From contig NC_045696.1 of assembly GCF_009834535.1 (NCBI RefSeq), positions 97,404,001 to 97,468,000 of the forward strand: a stretch of DNA of 64,000 nt. The letters run 5' to 3'. The notes beneath the pieces were generated by a model that was given only the letters and a program-made list of their open reading frames with translations, was not told the origin of the DNA and ran no database searches. The position numbers and the translations under genes were made by a program. This document shows, piece by piece, positions 53,562 through 64,000 of this stretch. The stretch's first letter is position 1; each line of letters begins with the position of its first letter. The DNA is from Camelus ferus (Eukaryota).

Positions 53562-54869
53562 GTAATTCTTTCTCTTTAAACACACAAGGGCAAACCTTTA
53601 GTAGGGCAGGCCTAGGGGAAGAATGGTCCATGAAGCCCTACCATGTCAAGCAGTGTAATACAGGTTGTTCCAGTGCATCAGCACCCAGCTTCAAGGACCA
53701 CATCCTAGCCGTCTATCTAGGACAAAATGAACTGATTTTATTGGCCATTCCGTGTAGTACTCTGCTCAAATTTTCAGGGAGAAAAGAGTTGTATCAATTA
53801 ACAAGGTCCCTTGCTGCTGCTGCTTTTTTTTCCTCTTTCTTTCTTTTTTAACTAAAAGAAATTGTTAATTATAATCAAAAGGAGAAGGGGGAAACTTGAA
53901 ATCTGGGAGAGAGACATCAAAAATGTCATGGAGGCCTGGATGGTAATGCAAACAGAAGGAAAGAAAAGAACAATTTAATGACAAATGGAATCATAAAGAC
54001 TTCAGTTCACTTACTGGACAAGATATACAGGCAGTGGGAGACCCATACTGGATAGGGTAATAGAACTGATGTTAATATTTAAGTTTAAAAAGCAACCCAT
54101 CATAATGTTTAAAGACATAATAAATTTGTCAGAAGTAGACTTTTCAGGCACATTCATTTCATAAGATAAAGTTTTATATATTGGTCATCAGATTTGATTG
54201 AAAACACAACTCTGGTTAGCTCTCAGGTCTATCCACTATTTATGAGGTATTATTGGGTGCCAATATTACAGTGGAAATATAGGTTTATGGCTTCCCCCCT
54301 TACTCAATATAATGAGAAGGAAAGAAGAAATAAGGCTAGATTGTGTTAGTTGCCTTTCTGAATTATCTTTTTTCAGCTCTACTTTTCAGTTAGGTTGTTG
54401 CCACCTAGTGGTGAGAATAATTTGAGCTATTAAAATTGGCAAAATTCAGCCTCTAGCACCATGAGAATAAAGAAAATGTTTAACAACTTCAATCTTTGTA
54501 ATCTGTGAGGTATTTCTGACTAGAATGTATAAAAAGAGATAATATAAAACTGTGGGGAAAGACCAGAAAATAATTAATTGAAAAAATTATATAACCCATC
54601 TTAAAATCAGGTTGTAAACATAAGAAAGGAAATACTGATTAGTTTTATCAACAGATGCACATTAAAAATGAGTTTATTTTTCAAACATCCAAAAGTGTTT
54701 ATTATTGCCCAGTACAGGGCTATGCAGAATTGGAATGTGCAAAAGCATCTGTGGTTAAGGTGAGCAGCATGTATATAGTTTTGGGTGAAAGACTGCCAAT
54801 GTCTATTGTGTGTAGTGCTTTTTGGGGAGAAGCTGAGTTGTGAAATATATAGTTAAATGCATAAGGAAT

Positions 54870-55410
54870 GCTAATATCCTATGTGCGGCTTTTTGAATTT
54901 TAAATTTGCATACATCCATGTAATCACCACTCAGATCAGATGCAAAATACTTCTAGCAACCCCCCAAAGTTCCTTCATGCCCTTTGCCAGTCAGTAACTC
55001 CTCCCAGATACAACCATTATTCTGATCTCTATCAGTGAGCTTAGTTTTGCCTGTTCTTGACTTTCACAGGTATCTTGACTTTTGTTAGGTATCTTTCATG
55101 TCTGGCTTTTTGCTTAATGCATTGACTATGAGATTCATTCATGCTTTTGTGTGTATTGATCCTTCTTATTTCTGTGTATTAGCCATTCCTATGTAGTATT
55201 CTATATCTTAATGTATTTATCAATTCTCCTATTGATGGGCCTTTGCACTGTTTCTAATTTGGGGCTATTTTGAATAAAATTATATGATTATTCTTGTATT
55301 TGAGGTTTGGTGGACATTTGCATTCATTTCACTTGACTCTGCACCTAGGAATGGAATTGCTAGGTCATGGGTTAGCTTCAGTAAACACTTCCAAACAGCT
55401 TTCCCAAGCT
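54870..55410 (-). mobile_element. Old L1M 3' fragment
   Basis: catccatgtaatcaccactcagatc...ttagttttgcctgttcttga...ggaattgctaggtcatg. Confidence 0.7.
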
Positions 55411-57784
55411 GTTATACTAGCCTGCTGTTCTCTAGGTATATTTCATAAGGATTGGATTTATCAAGGGGAAGAAATTTCAAGGTTGAGAGGGGAGCCGCTG
55501 GGTAACTTTCTTATTCAAGAAAGAGGTTGGTGCAGAAGGGAGGCTCATAGAAGGGGCAGGGGTCAGTATGTACACTCCTTCTGGCAGGTACTCCTAGCAA
55601 ATCTTCTTTCCCAATTCTTCCTCTTTTACCAACATTTTTCTCCTCCCTCTATTTGCACACTCTACTGCTTTCCCATATGTTTTCTCTCCTTTCCACAGCA
55701 TCTTTCCCAGAATTTGGCCATGTCCCTCTGTCGGTGGGCTGTGGAGGGGATGGGGAGACCTGGAGGCGTCATGTCCCTGCACAGATCTTTCTAGTCTGGC
55801 TCATGTCACCTCATAGGAGTCATGAAAGCACCCATGTCCACCTGAAGTTGCCCTTCAAGTCAGGCAGCCAGGTGGTCTGAGCACTTACCACTAAAAGACC
55901 AGTACAACTCTTGTGCCGAAAAGACACCAACGTGAGGAGAGGACATGCACTAGCTTAATGATGGGTCCACCATCATCAAGCTAGTATCTTAGCCAGGCGA
56001 TGGGGAAGAATCTAATTAATCCTTCATGGTGATAACCCAGGGAAAGTGGGTCAGAGTTGGTCCATCAGATATTCCTAATTGTGAGGGAAGGGTAATCTCC
56101 CAAATGAGGACCCCAGACATCCCCTCTGGCATCACATGAGAGCACCTGCTGGACCACATATCACTCAGGAACTCCACCTTTAGATTCATGAAAATATCCC
56201 TCTGAGGGTTGACTCAAAGAGAGTATATTGCTGCAGTTAGCTCAGATCAAGTATAATGTGGGTTTGGGTTGGTGAGTGCATGTGGCTGGTGCAGAGATGT
56301 CAATGACTAAGGCCAGACTGAATCTCATTCCTCAGAAGATAGCGTAAGCTTTATACAGATCAAAGAATATTTCCAAGGTGTATCCAGAAAACTGTCTCCT
56401 TTATTGCTTATTGTCTGACTCCAGTGAGGTTTATGTAATTTAGAAGTCAGCTGAGTGAAAATTCACATGTGGAATACCGGTCGAGAAGGCTGAGAGTCCT
56501 GAGTGGACTGAGAAGAGATGGCAGTCCCCAATGGTGCCTCTGATGGGCTCTTGTGCTCCTGATAAAAGCAGAGCTCTCTGTGTTATTTTGTTTTGTTTTG
56601 TTCTGATAAAAAGTACCAGGGATGGGGCAGGGGACTCTTGCCACAAGTTTACACCACTGTGGTTGATAAGGGTGCTTGCCTCAGCCTTAGAAAGTGAATA
56701 CAGGGAATAAATAAAACTGCTTGGCTTGGTTATATCATTAAACCCCACTCGTGATGTAGGAGTAACTCTCCCCAAACTCCTCTTGATAAGGGGTCTATTT
56801 GTTGGGGACTGTCAGAGCAAGGGAGTGTTTGAGGGGGGAAGAAAACAAATCAGAAGGTGCAGCAGAAATCTGTTTGGAATAATCTACAAAATGTGATCAC
56901 TAATTGGGCATAGAAGTGGATAGAGAAGAGGGGATGAGTTTTGTTTCCGGCTTTGGAGATGATGAAGATAGCAAAGAAAGCAAAGTAATGTTAGAGCAAG
57001 GATGTTGAAGGGGACAAGTTTAGGAAGAAGATAAAAGACACGAAATTTGGAAGCATCGGTGGGATTTCCAGTTATCAAATGATTTTAATTTGATAATTAG
57101 AGACATGCATCTTTTAAGAAAGGTTGGGATTTGGGAGTCCTGAATAGGAGAGTTGAAGCAATTAGTAAATACAGCCTCCCAGGATGAGGGTACAGACACA
57201 GAGGAAGGCAAAAGGACAGAATTGTGGAGGACCCCAACATTCAAGGAAATGTAAAACCCCTCTGTAGAAAATCACATTTGCATCCTACAAAGTAGGAGTA
57301 ATTGCATTCAAATTTAGGTTTTTATTAGTATACAGCCAGAGAATAACTATCACAAAACATTGTTTCATTGCATTTTAGTTAAAGTCTATCAAAATATCTA
57401 GTATCATGTCCATGAAAAAAGTGTGTTTTTGGTGGGGAACAAGGAGAGGGAGAAGAGGTCAGGGACTATATGATGTATAGGGATGTTCGAGGGGGAACAG
57501 ATTAAAAAAAAGAGTTTCAAACCAGAGAATTCTACGACACTGAGTGGCTTTCTGTTTCTAGTTGTGGGTGCTATATTTCTAGTCTTGCCTTGGGAAAACA
57601 TCATCCCCACTGCTTCACAAAGAAGAGTGTTTTAGAAAGATTCCTTTTTCCTATTTTACAGCCTAACTCATATAACAAGGTAAACTAGCCACAGCTATAA
57701 AATCAACCTAAAGATTTCCATCATTTCAACTATAAATGGAGACAAAATTGGACCTCCTTGTAAACTACATCTTTTCTCTTGCAG

Positions 57785-57914
57785 TGCCTTTAAAGAGAAA
57801 CGATGGCTTCAGCAGTTAAGAATAGCAACAGCCCTAGCCAAAAACAGCATTTCTCACCTGACTACCCAAGGAGGCCTGATGTCATGTGAAAATCCTCCGG
57901 AAATTGTGCTTTGA
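57785..57914 (+). CDS. ANKUB1: ANKUB1 terminal coding exon 6 (SAFKEKRWLQQLRIATALAKNSISHLTTQGGLMSCENPPEIVL*)
   Basis: Acceptor cttttctcttgcag|T completes the Ser codon AG+T; frame open to TGA at 57912-57914; AATAAA signals follow. Confidence 0.88.
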
Positions 57915-57953
57915 AAAGTCATGGCAACCTCAGTTTGAGCGAAGACTTGGTCA

Positions 57954-57992
57954 AATAAAACCTCTAGTTCTAATGCTAATATTTCTAATAAA
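57954..57992 (+). terminator. Candidate ANKUB1 polyadenylation signals (AATAAA at 57954-57959 and 57987-57992)
   Basis: Two canonical hexamers 40-80 nt after the stop codon, with T/GT-rich sequence further downstream. Confidence 0.5.
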
Positions 57993-58294
57993 AGTTCTAA
58001 TGCTGGAATTTCTAATAATAATTCTAATACTACAACAGAATATTTAATATTTAATACCATGTTTTCTTGGACCCTACCACCCTAAGTGAAAATTTAGGGC
58101 ATTTGTTTTTGTTTTGCTTTCCTGGGATTTGTTTTAAAATGCTGTTTGTTTTTTAAACCATGTGAATGTAGTACGTAGTAAAAAATTAATTTAAAAATTC
58201 TGTATGGAGAAAGTTCTTAGGAAACTTACAAATATCATCTAAGTCTAGTACTGGTCTCAGACATCTTTTGAATTTCTTCTCAAACATTGCTTTC

Positions 58295-60375
58295 TATTTT
58301 TTTAAATTGAGGTAGAGTTTACATACAGTGAATTGCAAAGATCTTAAACATAAGATTCAATGGCTTTGAATGTATACATCCATGTAACTAATATTCTGGT
58401 CAAGAAGTCAACACTTCCATTAGCCCAGAAAGTTCCTTCAAGCTTCTATCTAAGTCTATCCTAATCCCTGTAAGCAACCACTATTCTGATCTTTTAACTC
58501 CATGCATAACATTTCCCAATCAAAGGAATCACACAGTTGTTCACTTTCGTGTCTGGGTTATTTTGCTCAACTTAATCTTTTGAGATTAATCTACATTGTT
58601 GCATGTATTAGTAGTACATTCTTTTCTTTCCTTTTTTCTCTATGTAGTAATATCCCTTTTTTCATTCCTGATACTAGTATCTTTTGCCTCTCTATTTTTA
58701 TTTTTGTCATGAATAGTCAGTATTGTAATAATTTTAACAATTTTACTAGTTTTATTCATTTTCTACAGTGAACTTACTTTTATTAATTAATTTAATTAAT
58801 TATATATTTGCTTTCTAATTTGTTAATTTCTTTTTTTTTAATAGTTTCTACTTCTCTGACAAAATTCTTCATCTGTCATCTAATGTTTTGGACATTTTAT
58901 TCATAGCTACTTTAGAGTCCAGGTCTAATAATGCTAATATCTGTACCCCTCCATACAGATCGTCCTCAGATCTTTTTTACTATTGAGTAATATTCCATTG
59001 TGTGGACACACCATAGTTCATCTATTCAAATGTATGTACATTTGGGTTGTCTCCAGTTTTGTGATATTGTGAATAAAGTTTCCTTAAACATTATTATAAA
59101 GGTCTTTTTCTGGACATATGCTTTCATTTCTTTTGTGCAAACACCTAGGGATAGTTAGATAATAGGGTAAATGTATATTTAACATTATAAAAAATTGACT
59201 AACAGTTCTCCAAAGTGGTATTACAATTTTATAATTACACCAAAGATATGCAAGTGTTCTGGTTGCTTTACATAATCACCAAAATTTGGTGTCTTTAGTA
59301 CATTTGATTTTTAGTTATTCTGATGGGTTTGAAGTGATATCTCATTGTGGTTTTAATTTGCATTTCCTTGATGACTAGTAATTTTGAATGCTTTTTTGTG
59401 TGCTTATTGGCCATTTGTACATTTTCTCTGGTGAAGTGTCAATTCAAGTCTTTTGCCCATTGAAAAAACTGTGTTGTTTATCTTTTAATTACTGGTTTAT
59501 TAGAGATTTTTATATACTCATGATACAAGTTATTTGTCAAATATGTGTATTGCAAATATTTTTTCCCAGTCTATGGCTCTCTTTTTCATTTTATTATTGG
59601 TGTCTTTTGATGAATGAAAGTTTTAAACTTTGATGAAGTAAAACTTATCATTTTTTTCTTTTATGATTCATGCTTTCTGCTTCTTCTCTAAGAAATCTCT
59701 GACTACCCCAAAGTTGTGAAAATATTCTCATATGTTTTCTTCCAGATGTATCAGTTTTAGTTCTTATGTTAGGTCTATAATTTATCCTGAATTATTTTTG
59801 TGTATGTGATAGGAGTTAAGAGTCAAAATTCTTTTTTGTCAGTTTATCAAATTATTCTAGTACAAGTTGTTGAAAAGATTTTCCTTTCCCCCATTGAATA
59901 TCTTAGCACCTTTGTCAGAAATTAATTTACAATAATATGTATAGATCTATTTTCAGACTTTGTATTCTGTTCCACTGAACTATTCACTTTTCCTTATACT
60001 AATACTGCACTGTATTACTTGCTGTAGCTTTACAGTGGGTCTTGAAATCAGGTAGTATGAATACTGCAACTTTGTTCTTCTTTCTCCTAGTTTGTTTTGG
60101 CTATTCTCAGTCCTTTGCATTTACAAATAGATTATTAAATAAAGTTGTCATTCTCTATTTAAAAAGCCTGTTGGGATTTTGATTGGTCACAACTGACATC
60201 TTAATAATAATAAATCTTGTAATCCATGATATATTTCTCAATCCATGGTATATATCTCCATGTATGTAAGTCTTCCTTGGTTTCTCTCATCAATGTCTTT
60301 TAGATTTTAGTGTAGAGGTATTACAAGTCACTTGTCAAATGTTTTCTTAAATATTTTACATTTTTGATGCTATTT
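58295..60375 (-). mobile_element. Old L1M fragments (ORF2 3' part and 3' UTR)
   Basis: Antisense L1 text tatctcattgtggttttaatttgcatttcc and cttgaaatcaggtagtatgaatactgcaactttgttctt. Confidence 0.8.
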
Positions 60376-60968
60376 GCTAGAAAGATTTTAAAGACAGATT
60401 CTGTTACATTAGTCAGAGGCACCTAAAATCTAAAGCTCATTAAAAATATCTTTAGGTTTCTAGTTTGATACAATGGAGTTGGAGCACATATAAGGTTAAT
60501 ACAAAAGAAACTACAAAGATGATGCTAACGAGATGTTGTAAGGTGGCACGTATATAGGATCAGGTCATTGTAGAGCTGGTAAGAGAGGACAGTGCTGGAA
60601 GAGGGCACAGCAGAGATTTTGTGGCACTAGTAACTTTCTCTTTCTTGATCTGGGTTAATAGGTGTGTTCAATTTGAGAAAATTCAATAGATTTTTTTAAA
60701 AATCTGTACCATTTTCTTATATGCATTTTATAATCCAATTGAAAAAGTTAACTAAAATAATGAAAAAAAATCTCAGGAGCTAATTCTTGCATTTGGTGCC
60801 AGCCTCAGACTCAGGAGAGGGCAGTTCACGTGAGTGATGGGTGTCACCATGCCACCTTCCCCTTGACAGTATGCTGAACTGAACTGCACTTCTTTGCAGG
60901 GATGATACTATTTCACGTATCATTGAGACACAACCAAAGAAATGCTTAGTGCAAAAGAAACAAGAAAA

Positions 60969-61024
60969 AAGGAAGGAAGGAAGGAAAGAAAGAAGGAAGG
61001 AAGGAAGGAAGGAAGGAAGGAAGG
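60969..61024 (+). repeat. (GGAA)n tetranucleotide microsatellite
   Basis: Seen directly. Confidence 0.9.
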
Positions 61025-63432
61025 CTTGGTACAAAGATTCTGGGGCTGGAATGCCTAAGGAGAAAGGAATGTGGGAAATGTGAGGGAAAAGGAAGGTGGA
61101 TGAGGCAGAGGATGATGAGGAGAGAATGTGAGAGGACGACTGATATGAAGCCTTGTTCCCTGCCAGGATTACCTGAAAAAATACAGAGTATTTATTCCTT
61201 CTTCATTTTAGCCCTACAAATAAGATAGCATGAAGTGACTTTAAAATCTTATATTCTTACAGTAATATATAGTTGTAAAGCATTAATATTGGCATAGACA
61301 GGATATTGTGAGGTATCTATTCTAAGCCTGAATCTTATTGAAATCAAAGTTAGTTGTCACCTTCTCTTTGCTTCCAGGAGATGTTGTTGATTTCTCATGG
61401 ATTACAACTCATCACACCGTACTGAAATTACTTAACTGTCTCCTTCATTTTACTGTCATCTCCTAGAGGGCAAGGACAATTTTTTATTCCTCTCCAAATT
61501 GCCAAGGCATAGCATATGCCTGAACCTTTGAGTAACTGCTCTATAAATATTCGTTGAATTAAATGAATGAATTTTAGGATGATCATGCAAACAGATTTCT
61601 CAATGATTTGTGCACATAAAACCTGCTCCTATAAAATATAAATGTTTCTGTTTACAAATCATTCAATTGCTTAATGCTAGTTTATTGTTTAATCTAACTA
61701 TCATAATCAGTTTCTTAATAGGAATTTACTAATTCATCTGAGTATCATAGCAGCTCTGCATGGCACAGAAGGACAGTTATAATTAAAATATCCGCTTTAC
61801 AAATGAAGAGGCTAAGTTTATAACATTTAAAAACAACTTGTTGGAGGCCCTACAGGTAGTAAGTGTCAGAGCCAGATCTGGAATCTAGGCTTTTGATTTT
61901 TCACTCAGGTAATTACCTCTAAACAACTACATGACATTTGGTAACAGAAAGTCACTCTATACAAGGGAGTTTTAACTCCCAGTCTGGTTTCCCCCAGTTA
62001 TAACTTGGCTTTTTGACCACCCTTCCTTGACCATTCCATTCTATTTCTCCCTATTCCCTACCTTCACTGCCCCGCGCCCTTTCAGGTCCTGAGATCACAG
62101 GGAAGAAATGCTATATCAGATTGGCATAATATTGTACCTATTTGTAAATTCATTCCAGCATTCCTTATTCCTTATATAGTGGACATTTTTTCAATAATGT
62201 ATGAATAAAAACTTCTTCAGAAAATGCCATTTTTGTTGATTTGCAACTTATAGTCTAAGCAAAAATTGTGCTCTCTCTGCAAATGCTGCTTCAAGACCTA
62301 GCTAACAAGTTTAAGGACTTGTGCTCTTCTGTGTCCCAGAGGCTATTTCAATTTCAGTCAGATGTGAGGGATGAGGTTGACACAGAGAGCAGAGGTGAAA
62401 AACTCTTTCAATTTTCACTTGGAGACTTGGAGCATAGAAAGTTGTCTCGATCCCTACATATAACAATAGATGTGAAGTCTTTCTCTGCCTCTCTCTCTTT
62501 AACCGCACCCCTCCTCCTCCACCACCATGAATGTAAGATTTGAAGAGTCGTATTCCTATCAATCAGCAATTCTGTAGTCTCTCATATTTGAACCAGAGAA
62601 GGTAAGAAGAGCATGTTGAAAAGGAACCAAATTCTCAAACTGCTCTCAACACATAAAAATAAAGACATTGTTCTGAACCCTGCAAGCATCGGTCATTGTC
62701 ATCTTCATCATCATCTTTATCCTAATTTATAATCACTCACAGAACTTGTTACAAATCTTCAGCTTTAAGCCTGCTGTGTAGAATGATGGGTTTTGGAGCA
62801 GATCATCAAGGGATGACCTTCCTCTTCCAGCTCTGTCACTGGCTTGTAACGTAATCTTTGGAGCTTCGATTCTTCATCTGTACAAACGATGACCCACGCT
62901 GTTCAAACGACCCATCTGTACGAACGATATCATGGCAGTTGAGCGCATTAAATGAGATAAATCAAGTAAGATAGCATATAGAAAAGCTCTGTGCAAGCTA
63001 ATAGCTTTATAAAAGTTACTTTCAGTTGCTTAACCTCTCAGTTTCCTTATCTCTAATGGTAACAATAACGGTACTTACCTCACAGGGTTCTTGTGAATAA
63101 GTTAATATGTTAAATACAAGAGCCGTTCCTGGCATAGTGCTTAACACAGTTAGCTATTTATATTATTAATGTAAGCGCCACAAACGGGCGTGTCGATATT
63201 TAAATTTTTCATCTTCCACAGAGCATAGCGTGTTACGCCCACATCTGACTTGCGAACTCGGTCTTCTGACCCCAGCATGCACAGCGGAACGCGTTTGAGT
63301 GAGGACGGCGGTAGGCCGGAACCCAAAGCTTGAGACGCTGAGGCGCCGGATCCTCTTTACGCTTGGACACAGGCCCCGGAAGTGGCGAGGGCGGGGTCAG
63401 CGCTGCCGGGTGAGATCAGCGGCCCAGCAAAG

Positions 63433-63499
63433 ATGCTGCTGGACCTGTCGGAGGAGCATAAGGAGCACCTGGCCTTCCTGCCGCAAGTGGACAGCGCGG
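63433..63499 (+). CDS. COMMD2: COMMD2 coding exon 1 (MLLDLSEEHKEHLAFLPQVDSA)
   Basis: Peptide matches the recognised COMMD2 N-terminus; aagATGc start inside a CpG island; donor G|gtcagg at 63500. Confidence 0.95.
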
Positions 63500-63594
63500 G
63501 TCAGGGGCCGCGGCGGCGGAGGGTGGTGGTCTGCGGTCTGGGGAGGGGGTCGGAGGAGCGCTTGGCGCTCATGGTCTCCTGGCTTCCGTTGCAG

Positions 63595-63672
63595 TGGTCG
63601 CCGAGTTTGGGCGAATTGCGGTGGAGTTCCTGAGACGAGGCTCGAACCCCAAGATCTACGAAGGCGCTGCCA
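63595..63672 (+). CDS. COMMD2: COMMD2 coding exon 2 (VVAEFGRIAVEFLRRGSNPKIYEGAA-R); gene continues beyond the window
   Basis: Acceptor cttccgttgcag|TG after a 95-nt GC-rich intron; donor GCCA|gtaaga; continues the COMMD2 sequence in frame. Confidence 0.95.
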
Positions 63673-64000
63673 GTAAGATGGGGAGAGGCGCAGCCCCGCC
63701 AACTGCGTGGGGAAGGGCGGGCCATTCTCTGTCGCCCTGGAAAGGGTTATTGCGATTCTAAGGGTCTTACTCGCATTGTGGCAGAATAAAACCAGAAGCG
63801 CTCTTCAGTCAGGGCGTAAATCCTGTTGTCCTCTAAGTATTGTGAGTTTTTTTAAAGCTTGTTTTAAGTTGATTTTCCCACGTGTATCATCTGCCAGAGA
63901 TATGATGCTTAAATTCACCCAAGTGTGTAGAATAGATGGGTGAACCATAAATATGCAAGTGTTTAGTTATTATTAGTTCAGACTAATGTTGTACTTTTGC

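Larger units (their letters stand above)
29478..57914 (+). other. ANKUB1: ANKUB1 gene, coding span (6 exons, 544 aa; ankyrin repeat and ubiquitin domain-containing protein 1)
   Basis: Exon lengths 90+144+217+115+939+130 = 1635 nt form one open frame from ATG to TGA with all introns GT..AG. Protein starts MRIFIAFEGSFEPFDVSADETVE, with two UBL-like segments then ankyrin-like motifs. Lies directly upstream of COMMD2, as in the known mammalian locus. Confidence 0.95.
63170..63780. promoter_or_regulatory. COMMD2 CpG-island promoter with ETS/GABP site CCGGAAGTG (63376-63384) and GC box GGGCGGGG (63389-63396)
   Basis: Sharp rise in CpG density; motifs read directly 40-60 nt upstream of the ATG; no TATA box seen. 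Confidence 0.85.

Noticed and set aside
55294..56810. 166-aa ORF and adjacent GC-balanced block
   Set aside because: The ORF begins in an L1 fragment and has no domain. The block looks like an old LTR-element remnant, but I cannot assign a family.
57854..58060. Leucine-repeat minus-strand ORF (LELLLEIPALELLLEILALELE)
   Set aside because: A by-product of the 27-bp tandem repeat in the ANKUB1 3' UTR.
63299..63725. Several overlapping ORFs at the COMMD2 start
   Set aside because: Explained by the CpG island and unspliced read-through of COMMD2 exons 1-2.
1..64000. CRISPR arrays, operons or prokaryotic/viral systems
   Set aside because: No repeat-spacer arrays or dense intronless ORF clusters; the window is ordinary intron-rich mammalian DNA.

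Overview
Mammalian genomic DNA, most likely a camelid, judged from Vic-1-like tRNA-derived SINEs and camelid/artiodactyl-type L1 tails. The window covers the conserved RNF13 - ANKUB1 - COMMD2 neighbourhood. ANKUB1 is complete on the + strand: six coding exons, join(29478..29567, 30866..31009, 39875..40091, 49106..49220, 52623..53561, 57785..57914), 1635 nt, 544 aa. All five introns are GT-AG with compatible phases, and the protein has two N-terminal ubiquitin-like domains followed by ankyrin repeats. COMMD2 starts in a CpG island at the right edge (exons 63433..63499 and 63595..63672). A second CpG island at about 16.3-17.3 kb carries two minus-strand splice donors. By synteny these are the non-coding first exons of RNF13, which would make about 1-16.4 kb RNF13 intron 1; no RNF13 coding exon is in the window. 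The rest is mostly L1, L2, MIR, LTR, SINE and hAT fossils. I found no convincing new multi-gene system. The most notable unexplained signals are a perfect 66-bp palindrome in ANKUB1 intron 2, a perfect CRE-type Maf element in the RNF13 promoter, an RFX X-box upstream of ANKUB1, two co-oriented CTCF motifs around ANKUB1 exon 5, a built-in 502-aa read-through isoform, and a SINE+L1-tail chimera inside one target-site duplication. Repeat family names and boundaries were assigned by eye and are approximate.
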